From NCBI GenBank assembly GCA_951406725.2, contig OX597829.1, forward strand, positions 52,824,001 through 52,888,000: DNA of 64,000 bases, written 5' to 3'. Below the pieces are notes generated by a model. That model made no database searches and was not told the origin of the DNA. It saw only the letters and a list, made by a program, of their open reading frames with translations. How positions within the stretch are numbered: position 1 is the stretch's first letter; every line of letters begins with the position of its first letter. The DNA comes from Octopus vulgaris. Taxonomy: Eukaryota. Made by a program: the position numbers and the translations under genes. Below, in pieces: positions 52,783 through 64,000 of this stretch.

Positions 52783-53052
52783 ATGTGTGTGTATCGAAGC
52801 TATTATGCAAAAGTGTCGTAAGTCCAAAATGTTGTTTTCAAAAATTAAAAAAATAGTTTTGTCGTTCCATAGCAAAGCCATTGTATAACACTGGCAATTT
52901 TTGATATCTTGGCATTTGAAGCAGCTGGAGATACGATAGTTTGACCAAAAGAACTGGCTATTGCAAACAGGAATAAATATTGAAAAAAACACATTTCGCC
53001 AAATTTGGACATACAACAGTTTTACATAATAGCAACAATATATATATATATA

Positions 53053-53451
53053 TCTTTATATATAAAAGTGAGGTTGTGTGCTGTCTGTCTCCTACGATTT
53101 AGATTCCTAACTACTCCCACATTTTGCACTGCAGTTTAACCAAAACCGGGTATCTTATAGTCGTGATTCATATCGAGCCCTTCTGGGTATTAGCGCACAT
53201 CTACGATGAGTCTACGATTTAAAAAAAAAATTACCATCATTTTTTTTTTCCATTTTTTAATGCATTTTTGGCATATATAAGGGAAGTAACTCTCTAAAAA
53301 TGTATTATTAAATCTCAGAACGTAAAAAGCTACAGTAACACCCCCCTTTGTGGTTAGCCATATTGAGATGGCTATTATACTTTACATCTCTAAAAATGCT
53401 TATATAGTTATTTCCCTTACAAACCCGAGCAACGCCGGGCGATACTGCTAG
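53053..53451 (+). mobile_element. Non-autonomous Helitron-like element
   Basis: A|TCTTTATATATAAAA start; hairpin CCCGAGCAACGCCGGG; CTAG|T end. Confidence 0.85.
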
Positions 53452-53488
53452 TATATATATATATATATATATGGAAAGCGGACGTTAA

Positions 53489-53574
<86 letters not shown>

Positions 53575-53854
53575 TCAATGTATCATATATCCGAAAAAGA
53601 AGCACTCTCTAAAGTATAGAGCAGTAATGATCCTATTGGATCTTTAGATCTTTTTTGTTTGAACGACAGTTTGTAACATAATTTCTAGGTAACTAAAAAA
53701 TTTTTAACTTCGTATACTGGTAGAATGTGTTTATAAAACATCACTTTTTGCTTCGCTTTATTGAGAAAATTCTATAGTTTGTAACATATTTCGTCAAGTT
53801 TAAAATTTTTTAGTTACCTAGAAATTATGTTACAAACTGCCGTTCAAACCGAAA

Positions 53855-54205
53855 AGATTCCTAACTACTCCCACATTTTGCAGTGCAGTTTAACCAAAAG
53901 CGGGTATCTTATAGTCGTGATTCATATTGAGCCCTTCTGGGTATTAGCGCGCGTCTACGATGAGTCTACGATTAAAAAAAAATTTACCATCGTTTTCTTC
54001 CATTTTAATGCATTTTTTCGCTATTATATAAGGGAAGTAACTCTCTAAAAATGTCTACGACGAGTCAACGATTTAAAAAAAATTTACCATAATTTTTTTT
54101 CCATTTTTAATGCATTTTTTTGCTATTTTTTGGCTATAACTCTCTAAAAATGCTTATATAGTTATTTCCCTTACAAACCCGAGCAACGCCGGGCGATACT
54201 GCTAG
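53855..54205 (+). mobile_element. 5'-truncated second copy of the Helitron-like element
   Basis: Near-identical body, same hairpin and CTAG|T end. Confidence 0.85.
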
Positions 54206-54738
54206 TAAAGAATATGACTGTGTTTGAGTGGAAGCAGGGGTAGAGTTACCCGTAGTGGTGGCAACGGTATGGAGGAGTGGATGCTGAAAGATTCTGTAAC
54301 ATTTTAACATATTTTGGGCAATTGTGATGTGAATGGTTGTTGAGCTTTATTTAAGGTGGTTACGCTTGTGTATCCAACATAACTGTTTGAACAACGAAGT
54401 TTATAAATTTCGTGTTTACAATGAAATTTGATGCGCTACATTGCTTGTGCGAAGTACATTCTGTGGTTTGTTTATTCGTGGTTCCGATTTGATGAGGAGT
54501 TTTACGTTCTGGTGTTGTTACAATAGATTCGATGAGTTTGTGGTTAGGTGCGGTACAAGTTTTGGTCTCTTTCGTGTGACTTTTTTGTAATTGATATAGT
54601 GCAAGGTGTGGCTGTGTGGTAAGGAGTTGCGTCTTGGGTGAGTTTCTTCTATTGATAGCCTCGGGCAGAGCAGAGCCCGCATGGTGAGTAAATGCCATGA
54701 ACAGAAACAGAACAAAGGCCACGGTATGTGTGTGTGTG

Positions 54739-54784
<46 letters not shown>

Positions 54785-55039
54785 TGTGTGTGTGTAGCAA
54801 GATAGATAAAGAGAGATAGATAAGGTGGAGAACTGGCAGAATCGTTAGCACGCCGGGCGAAATGCTTAGCGGTATTTCGTCTGTGTTTACGTTGTGAGTT
54901 CAAATTCCGCCGAGGTCGACTCTGCCTTTCATCCTTTCAGGGTCGATAAATTAAGTACCAGTTACGCACTGGGCTCGGTGTAATCGACTTAATACCATTG
55001 TCTGTCCTTGTTTGGCCCCTTGTGGGCAATAAAGAAATC

Positions 55040-55090
<51 letters not shown>

Positions 55091-57072
55091 CAGTCAGCCT
55101 GACAGACAGACAGATAGATAGGTAAATAGACAGACAGACAGATAGATATCTACATACATACATACATGCATACATACATATATAAATACATACATAGATA
55201 TATACATACATACATGGATAGATAGTCAGACAGGCAGACATACAGACGTAGTGAATCCACATGGCCTAGTGATCAGGGTGTTGCACTCACGATCATGAGA
55301 TTGCAGTTTCAATTCCCAGACCAGGCAGTGTATTGTGGTTCTTGAGCAAAACACTTCATTTCATGTTGGGCCAGTCCACTCAGCTGCAGATGGATCACCC
55401 TTCAAAAGATTGTCACACGACAGTGTGATGGTGACTCAGGAAAACCACAAGAACGGAGGATGTCTCATGAGCCAATGTTTTATATTCAGTGGTTGAAAGC
55501 ATGAATAGCACAGTCAGTGCGGTGAACCCCAACTGGTTGGCTTGGTTGCTCAACCATGTCAAAGACCAATCAATCAATATTTATATGTATTTTTTTGGTA
55601 TCTAAATATGTTGACGCAACACAAACGATCACCAGTATTGTATGGTGTAAACAACAATTTAAAATGTGATTTTCTTTATTCTTATTTTGTTCTTTTGTGT
55701 GTGTGTGTTTGTGTGTTTTTCTGCCTTTAACCTTCCAACTTGGAGTATAGGCCACTTATAATTGAATTCCATGTCGCATAATTTTTCGCCTCTGTACTTA
55801 TACTCTGCCATGAATGTCCCCCTTTCTCTGGTTCCTTTTGTCTCTCAAAGCCCAACCCCTCGTCCTTGTCGTGAGAGATGGAAACAGGTAAAGCTGGCCA
55901 ACAGGGCTCTGGTGAAGTTGAATGGGCTAATCACCCACGCAATGGATTTTATTTTCAAATTGATTACGAAAACACTGAGAGTTGACAAATCTTGTATTAA
56001 TTTACCAACCAAAGATTTCCAGAGCCAAAAGTTTTTTATGACACCAAATATATATATATATATATTTGGTAAGAATTATGCTTCTCAACCACATGCTTCC
56101 AGATTCAGTCCCTCTGTGTGGTACCATGAGTAAGTGTCTTCTACTATAGCCATGAGCCAACCAAAGCTTTGTGAGTGGACTTGGTAAATGGAAACTGAAA
56201 GAAGCTTGTTGTATATTGTCATTATCACCATAGTTTAACATCCATCTTCCATGCTTACATGGGTAGGACGGTTGACAGGAGCCAGCAATGTAGAAAATCT
56301 ACCCAAGGCTACTGTGTCTGTTTTGGCAGGGATTTTATGGCTGGCTGCTCTTCTTAACACCGACCACTCCGCAGAATGGATTCAGTGCTTTTTATGTAGT
56401 ACTAGTACAGGCAAAGTTAGTTTTGCTAAGAGTTTTACAGCTGGATGCCCTTGCAGACGCCAACCACATTACAGTGTGAACTGGATGCTTTTAACCTGGC
56501 ACCAGCACTGGCAGGATAACCAAGTAACTCACAAGACAAGGAATTATGAGAGGGGCAGGGCATTTGTGTCAGAGAATGGAAAGTCAGAGTGAGACAAAGA
56601 CACAGAGAGACAGAAGCAGGTGTCTTACCACAACAGAGTGGACATTAGAGGAGGTGGTTCAAATCAAATAAGGAAAGTTTAGAGTGTGACAGAGAAATAG
56701 AGAGGCAGAAATAGGTATCTTGCTATAGAGGAGGTACATGGTTACCCAGTGAGAGAGAGAGAGAGAGAAAGAAAGAAGGAAAGAGATAGGGAGAGAGGAG
56801 CTAGAGTTAAAGGGAGAGGTACAGAAAGAAGCCAGAAACAAGTGTGCTAATGTAAAGGTGATATCTAAATATATAAATAGATGAGTGTATTTTTACCTTG
56901 TTAACAATTAACACGGAAAAAATAAATAAATAGTTACCAGGGTAGCAAAAATCTCACAGGTAAAGAGGTTGTAACTCCTTGTTTATAAAGGTAGAAACTT
57001 CGTGTTTACGTGGAATTTTTTGTATAATATATGAATAAATAAATGGAGTTTAACACAGGTGTAAATCAAATA

Positions 57073-57169
57073 TTTTTACTTTCGACACATGTTTCGAAAA
57101 TTCCACTGATACTATTCAAAAGAATAAATGGTATAAACAATGCAATCTTCTCCTCAGGAAAGTGAAAAA
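57073..57169 (-). ncRNA. Type-I hammerhead ribozyme with long stem II and intact core
   Basis: ACUUUC-CUGAGGA(57157-57151)-GAAGAUU..AAUUUUC-GAAA-CAUGUG-UC-GAAAGU; predicted cut between 57084 and 57083. Confidence 0.8.
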
Positions 57170-57874
57170 AACGAAACTCGTCAATAAGACATTTTAGCAA
57201 AAAATGATGGAATTGTATAGCGATTAAGTGAACGCTATTAATATTGTTTAAAAAAATGTTATATAATAACAAACTGTTAAATATTAATACATTTACTAAT
57301 ACTAACATTAATTTAGCTAATACCATGCAACCCTCTAGAAATATTAATAACAAGGTTATTGTATCTGAAGTCAATACCAATAGAATTAAGAGAATTGAAA
57401 CTCTGTTTATAACTGCCAAACTCCAACCAGATGCAAGACCCTTAGAAGCCAGATCCATGAACTTTAAATGGTCTGTTACATATTTTATCTTCTTGTCGAA
57501 GTCTCCATTACTTGATTGAGATATATTCATGTAAACTAATTTTCATCTTATCATTATAAAAAATTGTTATTACCTGATCTGAATGTTTTTTATGTAAACC
57601 ATTTTTTGACTCTTCACAAAGGATACACAAAGCCTCAAACCCTTTTTTATCATTGTCAAAGACTCTGTCACTTGATTTGAATACATTTTTGTAAAACTAA
57701 TTTTTAACACCATAGAAGATACACAAAACCTCACACTTTACTTTTGAAAATCTTTTTAAATAACAGAAACCAGTTAAGTTAATAAATACTTTTAAAAGAC
57801 CCCTGCATTTTCAGATTCTTTTCATTACATTTTTACTCGTATGGTAACCCCCAATTTTACTTTGTGTTATAAAT

Positions 57875-57875
57875 A

Positions 57876-57906
<31 letters not shown>

Positions 57907-58220
57907 ATTTGTATGTATGTATGTATGTATGTATGTATGTATGTATGTATGTATCTATGTATGTATGTATGTATGTATGTATGTATGTATGTGTGTATGT
58001 AGGTATGTATGTATGTATGTATGTGTGTGTGTGTATGTATGTATGTATGTATGTATGTATGTATGTATGTATGTATGTATGTATGTATGTATGTATGTGT
58101 GTGTGTATGTATGTATGTATGTATGTATGTATGTATGTATGTATGTATGTCTGTCTGTATGTATGTATGTATGTATGTATGTATGTATGTATGTGTGTGT
58201 GTATTTATGTATGTATGCAT
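57875..58220. repeat. (ATGT)n microsatellite
   Basis: Directly visible. Confidence 0.97.
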
Positions 58221-58539
58221 ACACTTGCACACCTGTTCATACACAGACATACAAAAACACAAAAGTAAGGATTTGAAAGTTATACACAAACAAATAATGT
58301 TCAGCATTTCCGGTCTGTTAACATCTGAAATGCCAATGTGACTAAGTAATCCACCAGTAGCATTTCACTAAGATTCCTGCTATCTAAACCACTGTCGTTT
58401 CTGCTTCAACCACCAACCACCAACCACCAACCACCAACCACCAACCACTGCTACCAACACCACAACCATCAATGTCAGCGGCAGCAAAATCTACCTCGAA
58501 ACATACACCCAGCTGTTTTAGCTAGTAGGACGCATATAT

Positions 58540-58732
58540 CATCGTTGTTGTCATCATCATCATCATCATCATCATATCATCATCATCATCATCACCCTCA
58601 TCTTCTTTGTTTCTGTCATTGTCAGCGTCGTCTTCGTCATCATCATAGTTACTAACATCCTCATCATCCATCATCATCGTCGTCGTCATCGTTGTCATCA
58701 ATATCATCATCATTGTCATTTTCATCATCATC

Positions 58733-58763
<31 letters not shown>

Positions 58764-58783
58764 CCATCACCATCATCATCATC

Positions 58784-58832
<49 letters not shown>

Positions 58833-58839
58833 CCATCAC

Positions 58840-58882
<43 letters not shown>

Positions 58883-58912
58883 GTCGTCATCATCATCATC
58901 ATCACCACCACC

Positions 58913-58946
<34 letters not shown>

Positions 58947-59194
58947 TCATCATCGTCGTCGTCGTCGTTGTCATCATCATCATCATCATCACCCTCGTCT
59001 TCTTTGTCGCTGTCATTGTCAGCGTCGTTGTCATCATCATCACAGTTATTGTTGTCATCATCATCATTACTATCATCCTCATCATCCATCAGCGTCGTTG
59101 TCATTTTCATCAACATCATTTTTACCATCACCCACATCATCATCATCATTATCACCACCACCATCATCATCATCATCATCATCATCTTCATCAC

Positions 59195-59226
<32 letters not shown>

Positions 59227-59272
59227 CTATCATCATCACCATCACCATCACCATCATCATCATCATCATTCC

Positions 59273-59306
<34 letters not shown>

Positions 59307-59415
59307 TTCATCACCATCACCATCATCATCATCATCATCGTCATCATCATCACCATCATTACCAGCAGTAACTTCATCATCATCTTCATCACCATCGTCA
59401 TTATCACCACCAACA
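58540..59415. repeat. (CAT)n-rich trinucleotide tract
   Basis: Directly visible; source of the poly-D, poly-M and poly-S ORFs. Confidence 0.95.
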
Positions 59416-59564
59416 CCAAAAAAGGGGTCAGGGGAAAAAAGGAAAAAGGTTCCCAATACTAAGTGTGAGGGTGGGGGGAAGTCAAGTTTATGCCAGGTGT
59501 TGAAAGGTTAAAGTATGATAGAGAGACAAGCACAGGGGTGCCTTGCTATAAGAGGAGATACAAA

Positions 59565-60095
59565 GGCAGGATAGTCATGGTTGGAATGCCTTTGATCATT
59601 GGACTATTTGATCAAGACATTGAATAATATATTCTGCAGTACATTATGTCTGAAAGTAAGATGCATGCTCGACATGGATTCGACTTATCTGGTTTGTCGC
59701 ATCAATGAACCTTGAGGTTTAACAACAACAACAACAACAGCAGCAACTGCAACTAGTATCAACAACAACAATATTGATTAGCCAATTAAATAGCCTCTTT
59801 GTGGATGTTAAACCTTCTAGAGATAGCAGCAAAGATTCCTCAATAATGCCCCTACTATCTTAAAAATGGAAGGACATATTAGATAATATATATAGTCTTT
59901 GATATTTCTAAATAGAAATACAGAATGGTCATGGTTGGATCGCTCTTGATCGTGTATTTTTTTAGTCCAGTTAAATATAGAGTTGAATAATAACAAGGAC
60001 AGTATTGACGAAATGGTGACGGAGCCTCTACATGGTTATTCAGCTTGCTAAAAATAACTGTTAGAATTTCCTCAAATAACACCCTACCATCTTAA
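59565..60095 (+). mobile_element. Stacked fragments of dispersed repeat family E with (CAA)n tail
   Basis: CTAGAAATAGCAGC.AAATCTC.CTCAA and GGATGGTCATGGTTGGAATGCCTTTGATC motifs also near 27770 and 49330. Confidence 0.65.
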
Positions 60096-63000
60096 ACCTT
60101 TGGAATTTAAACCAGCAAATCCATCTCAAATATTGTACCTGTTTTATGTTCAACCTGCCAAATTTTCTTTAAAATACCACCCTAATAATTTTAAAACATA
60201 CCTGTAATTTTAAAACCTGTAAAACATACCTGTAACACTTTCAGATTACTCTGTCAAATGTAATGCTTCTTTGTTCACATTCTTCGCAACTAATCATGCA
60301 TTATCCCCAGTGTGAGATTTCGATGATGTGATTATTTATTTTTAGAACGGCATTGTAGGGTAGATGTGAAAGGCCAGATCTGTCCAGTTTAAACATAAAA
60401 TATTAGAATTTTAGAGCTTGATATGACCAGTCCAAAGGTTAAAGAATTAAGCTTTACTCTGTCAAATGACAGATTACTCTGTCAAATGACATATTACTCT
60501 GTCAAATGTAATGTTTATTTATTCACATTGCTTTGAATTAATCATGCATTATATCATAATTTCAGGATTTTGATGATGTGATTATTTACATTCCAAATTA
60601 CATTGTAGGGTATGTGTGAGAGGCTGGATATGGGCAGTTTGAATATAAAACAGCCATAATATTTGGGCTGTATATAGACAATCTAAATGTTAAATGGTTA
60701 ATATACACAGAATGACCTAATACTAAATATTATATTTGAGAAAAGAAAAGAAACTAGTCAAACATTATGTTTCTGCCTCAGAAATATTTTTCACAAGTGA
60801 AAGCCACCAGTGAATCATCTGCACAAAGCAAGTTCTGAGGTACCTTTATATGTTTTATGAAGTCTATAACATTCTGGTACATCAACATCATCATCATTAT
60901 CATCATCATCATTTGGTGTCTGTTGTCCATACTGGCATGGGTTAGATTGCTTGACTAGGCTAGCGCTCTGGAAGGCTGCACCAGACTCCAGTCTGATTTG
61001 GCATGGTTTTCTACAGCTGGATGCCCCTCCTTATGCCAACCACTCTGAGAGTGAAGTGGGTGCTTTTACATGCCACTGGCATGGGTGCCATTTGCATGAC
61101 ACTGGTATCTGCTATGACTGCAATTTTGCTTGGCTTGACGGGTCTTCTTCTCAAGCATGACATAATACCAAAGGTCTCAGTCATTGCCTCCATGAGGCAT
61201 TTGGCATTATGTCATGCTTGAGATGACAAACCAGGTACAAGTATGACTGATTGGTAAGATGTTTACGTTCCATCTATATGGTTCTGGGTTCAGTCCCACT
61301 GAGTAGCATCTTAGACACATTTGTGTGTATTTATGTATAGTCTGTACATGTATGTATATCCTTGTGTATGTGTTTGTGTGTATCTCTCTCTCTCTCTCTC
61401 TGTCTGTTTGCGTGTGTGTGTGTCTGTGTTTGTGTTTGTATGTGTGTGTATGTATTTATGTGTGTATATTTATGTAGTCTGTACATGTATGTATGTCTGT
61501 GCATTTGTGTTTGTTTCTTACCACTGCTTGACAACCAGTGTTAGTTTGTTTATGTCTCTCAAAACTTCGCAGTTCAGTAAAAGAAACTAACAGACTAACA
61601 GAAGAGACTACCAAACTTAAGAAAAAAACAAAGATCAGTGGTTGATTTGTTTGACTAAATCCTCCAAAGGTAACACCCCCAGTATGGCTGCTGTCCAATG
61701 ACTAAAACAAGTAAAAGATAAAAGACTAAATGTTAAAGACAAAAGAAAAAAACAAAAACAAAAGATGCATGATATTCACTAAAGCAATGCTTGAGGAAAC
61801 TTTCTTGCCACCAGAACAGAAAGCACACAGCTTTCCAGATTATAGTCAAGCAAGATTAGACAGATCCCGTTTAGACTAAAATGGTCTTGTAACATGCATA
61901 AGATCCTGTATAGAATATACAAAACACAAATGACATTAGCAAACAAAGAGGAAAGGACACCGTTCTGGAAATGCAGGCTTTCATAATAAGGCTAACAAAT
62001 CACACATTAGTATAATAGTTTTTAATGGTGTTAATTACTGTTTCTAATATTCATTTAGTTTTTGGTGGCAAGCTCCAGAATCGTTAGCATGCTGGGGTAA
62101 GTTTTGTGATGCATGTGGAAGATGTTCGGAAAGGGTCGATGGGCCTTGCTTTTGCGGTCCATATTTGTACTGAAAATCGAGATCGAGCGAGCTTTTGCTC
62201 TTTACTTGTGTGAGTGTGTGTGTGTGTGTGTGTTTGAGTGTGAGTGTCTGTGTGTGTGTGTGTGTGTGTGTTTGAGTGTGAGTGTGTGTGTGTGTGTGTG
62301 TGTACGTGTGTGTGTGTGTGTTTGAGTGTGAGTGTGTGTGTGTGTACGTGTGTGTGTGTGTTTGAGTGTGAGTGTGTGTGTGTGTACGTGTGTGTGTGTG
62401 TGTTTGAGTGTGAGTGTGTGTACGTGTACGTGTGTGTGTGTGTTTGAGTGTGAGTGTGTGTGTGTACGTGTGTGTATGTGTGTGTGTGTATGTGTGTGCG
62501 CATTTGTTTAGACATCATGTAATGGTTGTAAATGAGCATCATCATCATATAGGTGAGGTTGTTCACTTCCAGTCTTCTGTGAAAGACACGTCCAATCACA
62601 CACACACATCCACATACACACATATGAGATAGGTCTTCACACAGTTTCTGTAAAGTAAATCCACTGACAAGGCTTTGATTGACCCATGGCTACAGTAGAA
62701 GAGAGCTGCCCAAGTTGTCATGCCATGGTTGGCAAGGAGGCTTCTCAACCACACTGCCATTTCTGTACCTGCATCGGAACTCACACCATCACCATCACCA
62801 CCACCAATATGGTAAATGCAGAATATCAACAACTATTGTAGTCTAGTTGACCTCTCCTTGCTCATCACCGATGTGGTCACCACCAGAGCTTGTAGGATAA
62901 CGAAAATAGACTGAACAGAGGAGATAAGAGGATGTGTTGTTGGCTGGTTGTGACATGGCACACTATTACACTTCGTTAATGATATTCTAACCTCATAAGA

Positions 63001-63608
63001 AATACTTTGTGCAACCGCACAAACAGAACCTAATAAAGAGTATTCAGAATTAGAAAACCAACCAGCCCTTATAACTGAATAAACCCCAGTTCAAGAAACA
63101 CTTAAAAATAACAACACGGTTAAACCCACAATCACCACAAAAAAAATATCTATTATATAACATAAAGCAAAAAATCTTAAAAATGGACAAACAAAAGAAG
63201 GGAAATAGTTAAACAAAGTAAGTTTAATATACCTATTTCTTTACTACCCACAAGGGGCTAAACACAGAGGGGACAAACAAGGACAGACATAGGTATTAAG
63301 TTGATTACATCGACCCCAGTGCGTAACTAGTACTTAATTTATCAACCCCGAAAGGATGAAAGGCAAAGTCAACCTCGGCGGAATTTGAACTCACAACGTA
63401 ATGCAGACGAAATACCGCTAAGCATTTCGCCCGGCATGCTAACGTTTCTGCCAGCTCTCCGCTGTTTAATATACCCCTTACTAAACAACTTAATTGCATC
63501 TGATAAAGGCTGAGGAAGCCCCATCAAACCAACCTTATTAGGATCCTTTTCGCTCCAACAACATAAAAAATAGCAACTGCTAATAATACATAAATATACA
63601 TTACCTAG

Positions 63609-63930
63609 TGAAGGCACATGGCTTAGTGGTTAGGGCATTTGACTCATTATCATAAGGTCGTGAGTTCAATTTCTGGCAGTGCGTTGTGTCCTTGAGCAAG
63701 ACACTTTATTTCACATTGCTCCAGTCTACTCAGCTGCCAAAAATGAGTAGTATCTGTATTTCAAAGGGCCAGCCTTGTCACACTCTGTGTCACGCTGAAT
63801 CTCCCAGAGAACTACATTAAGGATACATGTATTTGTGGAGTGCTCAGCCACTTGCATGTTAATTTCACGAGCAAGCTGTTCTGTTGATCACATCAGCAGG
63901 GACCCTCGTCATCACAACCAATGGAGTGCT
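63609..63930 (+). mobile_element. SINE family C, full length
   Basis: TGGCTTAGTGGTTAGG A box, GAGTTCAATT B box, CORE-like GTGTCCTTGAGCAAGACACTTT. Confidence 0.88.
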
Positions 63931-64000
63931 CCTACACATTACCTCATATGAAATTAATTCAACAAACATTATTAAGCGAAAATATATAAAATTTCCATAA

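Noticed and set aside
57066-57530. 154 aa hydrophobic ORF and the opposite-strand 91 aa ORF
   Set aside because: No recognisable domain; AT-driven composition; overlaps the ribozyme-bearing repeat
58522-59511. Poly-Asp, poly-Met and poly-Ser ORFs resembling acidic biomineral proteins or reflectin (also 31837-32344 and 24137-24499)
   Set aside because: (GAT)n/(CAT)n tracts, several attached to RTE tails; no signal peptide, reflectin motif or splice context

Overview
Repeat-saturated, AT-rich eukaryotic DNA, most likely intronic or intergenic octopus (cephalopod) genome. That assignment is inferred from the SINE families and microsatellite density, not from a database match. I found no intact host protein-coding gene, and almost all ORFs in the track are microsatellite or SINE artefacts. 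The window holds three tRNA-head SINE families, many 5'-truncated RTE LINE tails, and fossils of Tc1, mariner, hAT, R4/Dong, CR1 and two Penelope-type GIY-YIG endonucleases. It also holds Helitron-like, piggyBac-like and hAT-like MITEs and a probable solo LTR. The most notable structure the ORF track misses is a set of type-I hammerhead ribozyme (HHR) motifs with unrelated stem sequences. Five keep intact catalytic cores (4.97, 22.95, 23.15, 36.7, 57.1 kb) and about five are decayed. Several sit in fold-back insertions in (TA)n tracts, and one lies directly 3' of a Penelope endonuclease fossil. All folds and alignments were done by eye and repeat boundaries are approximate.
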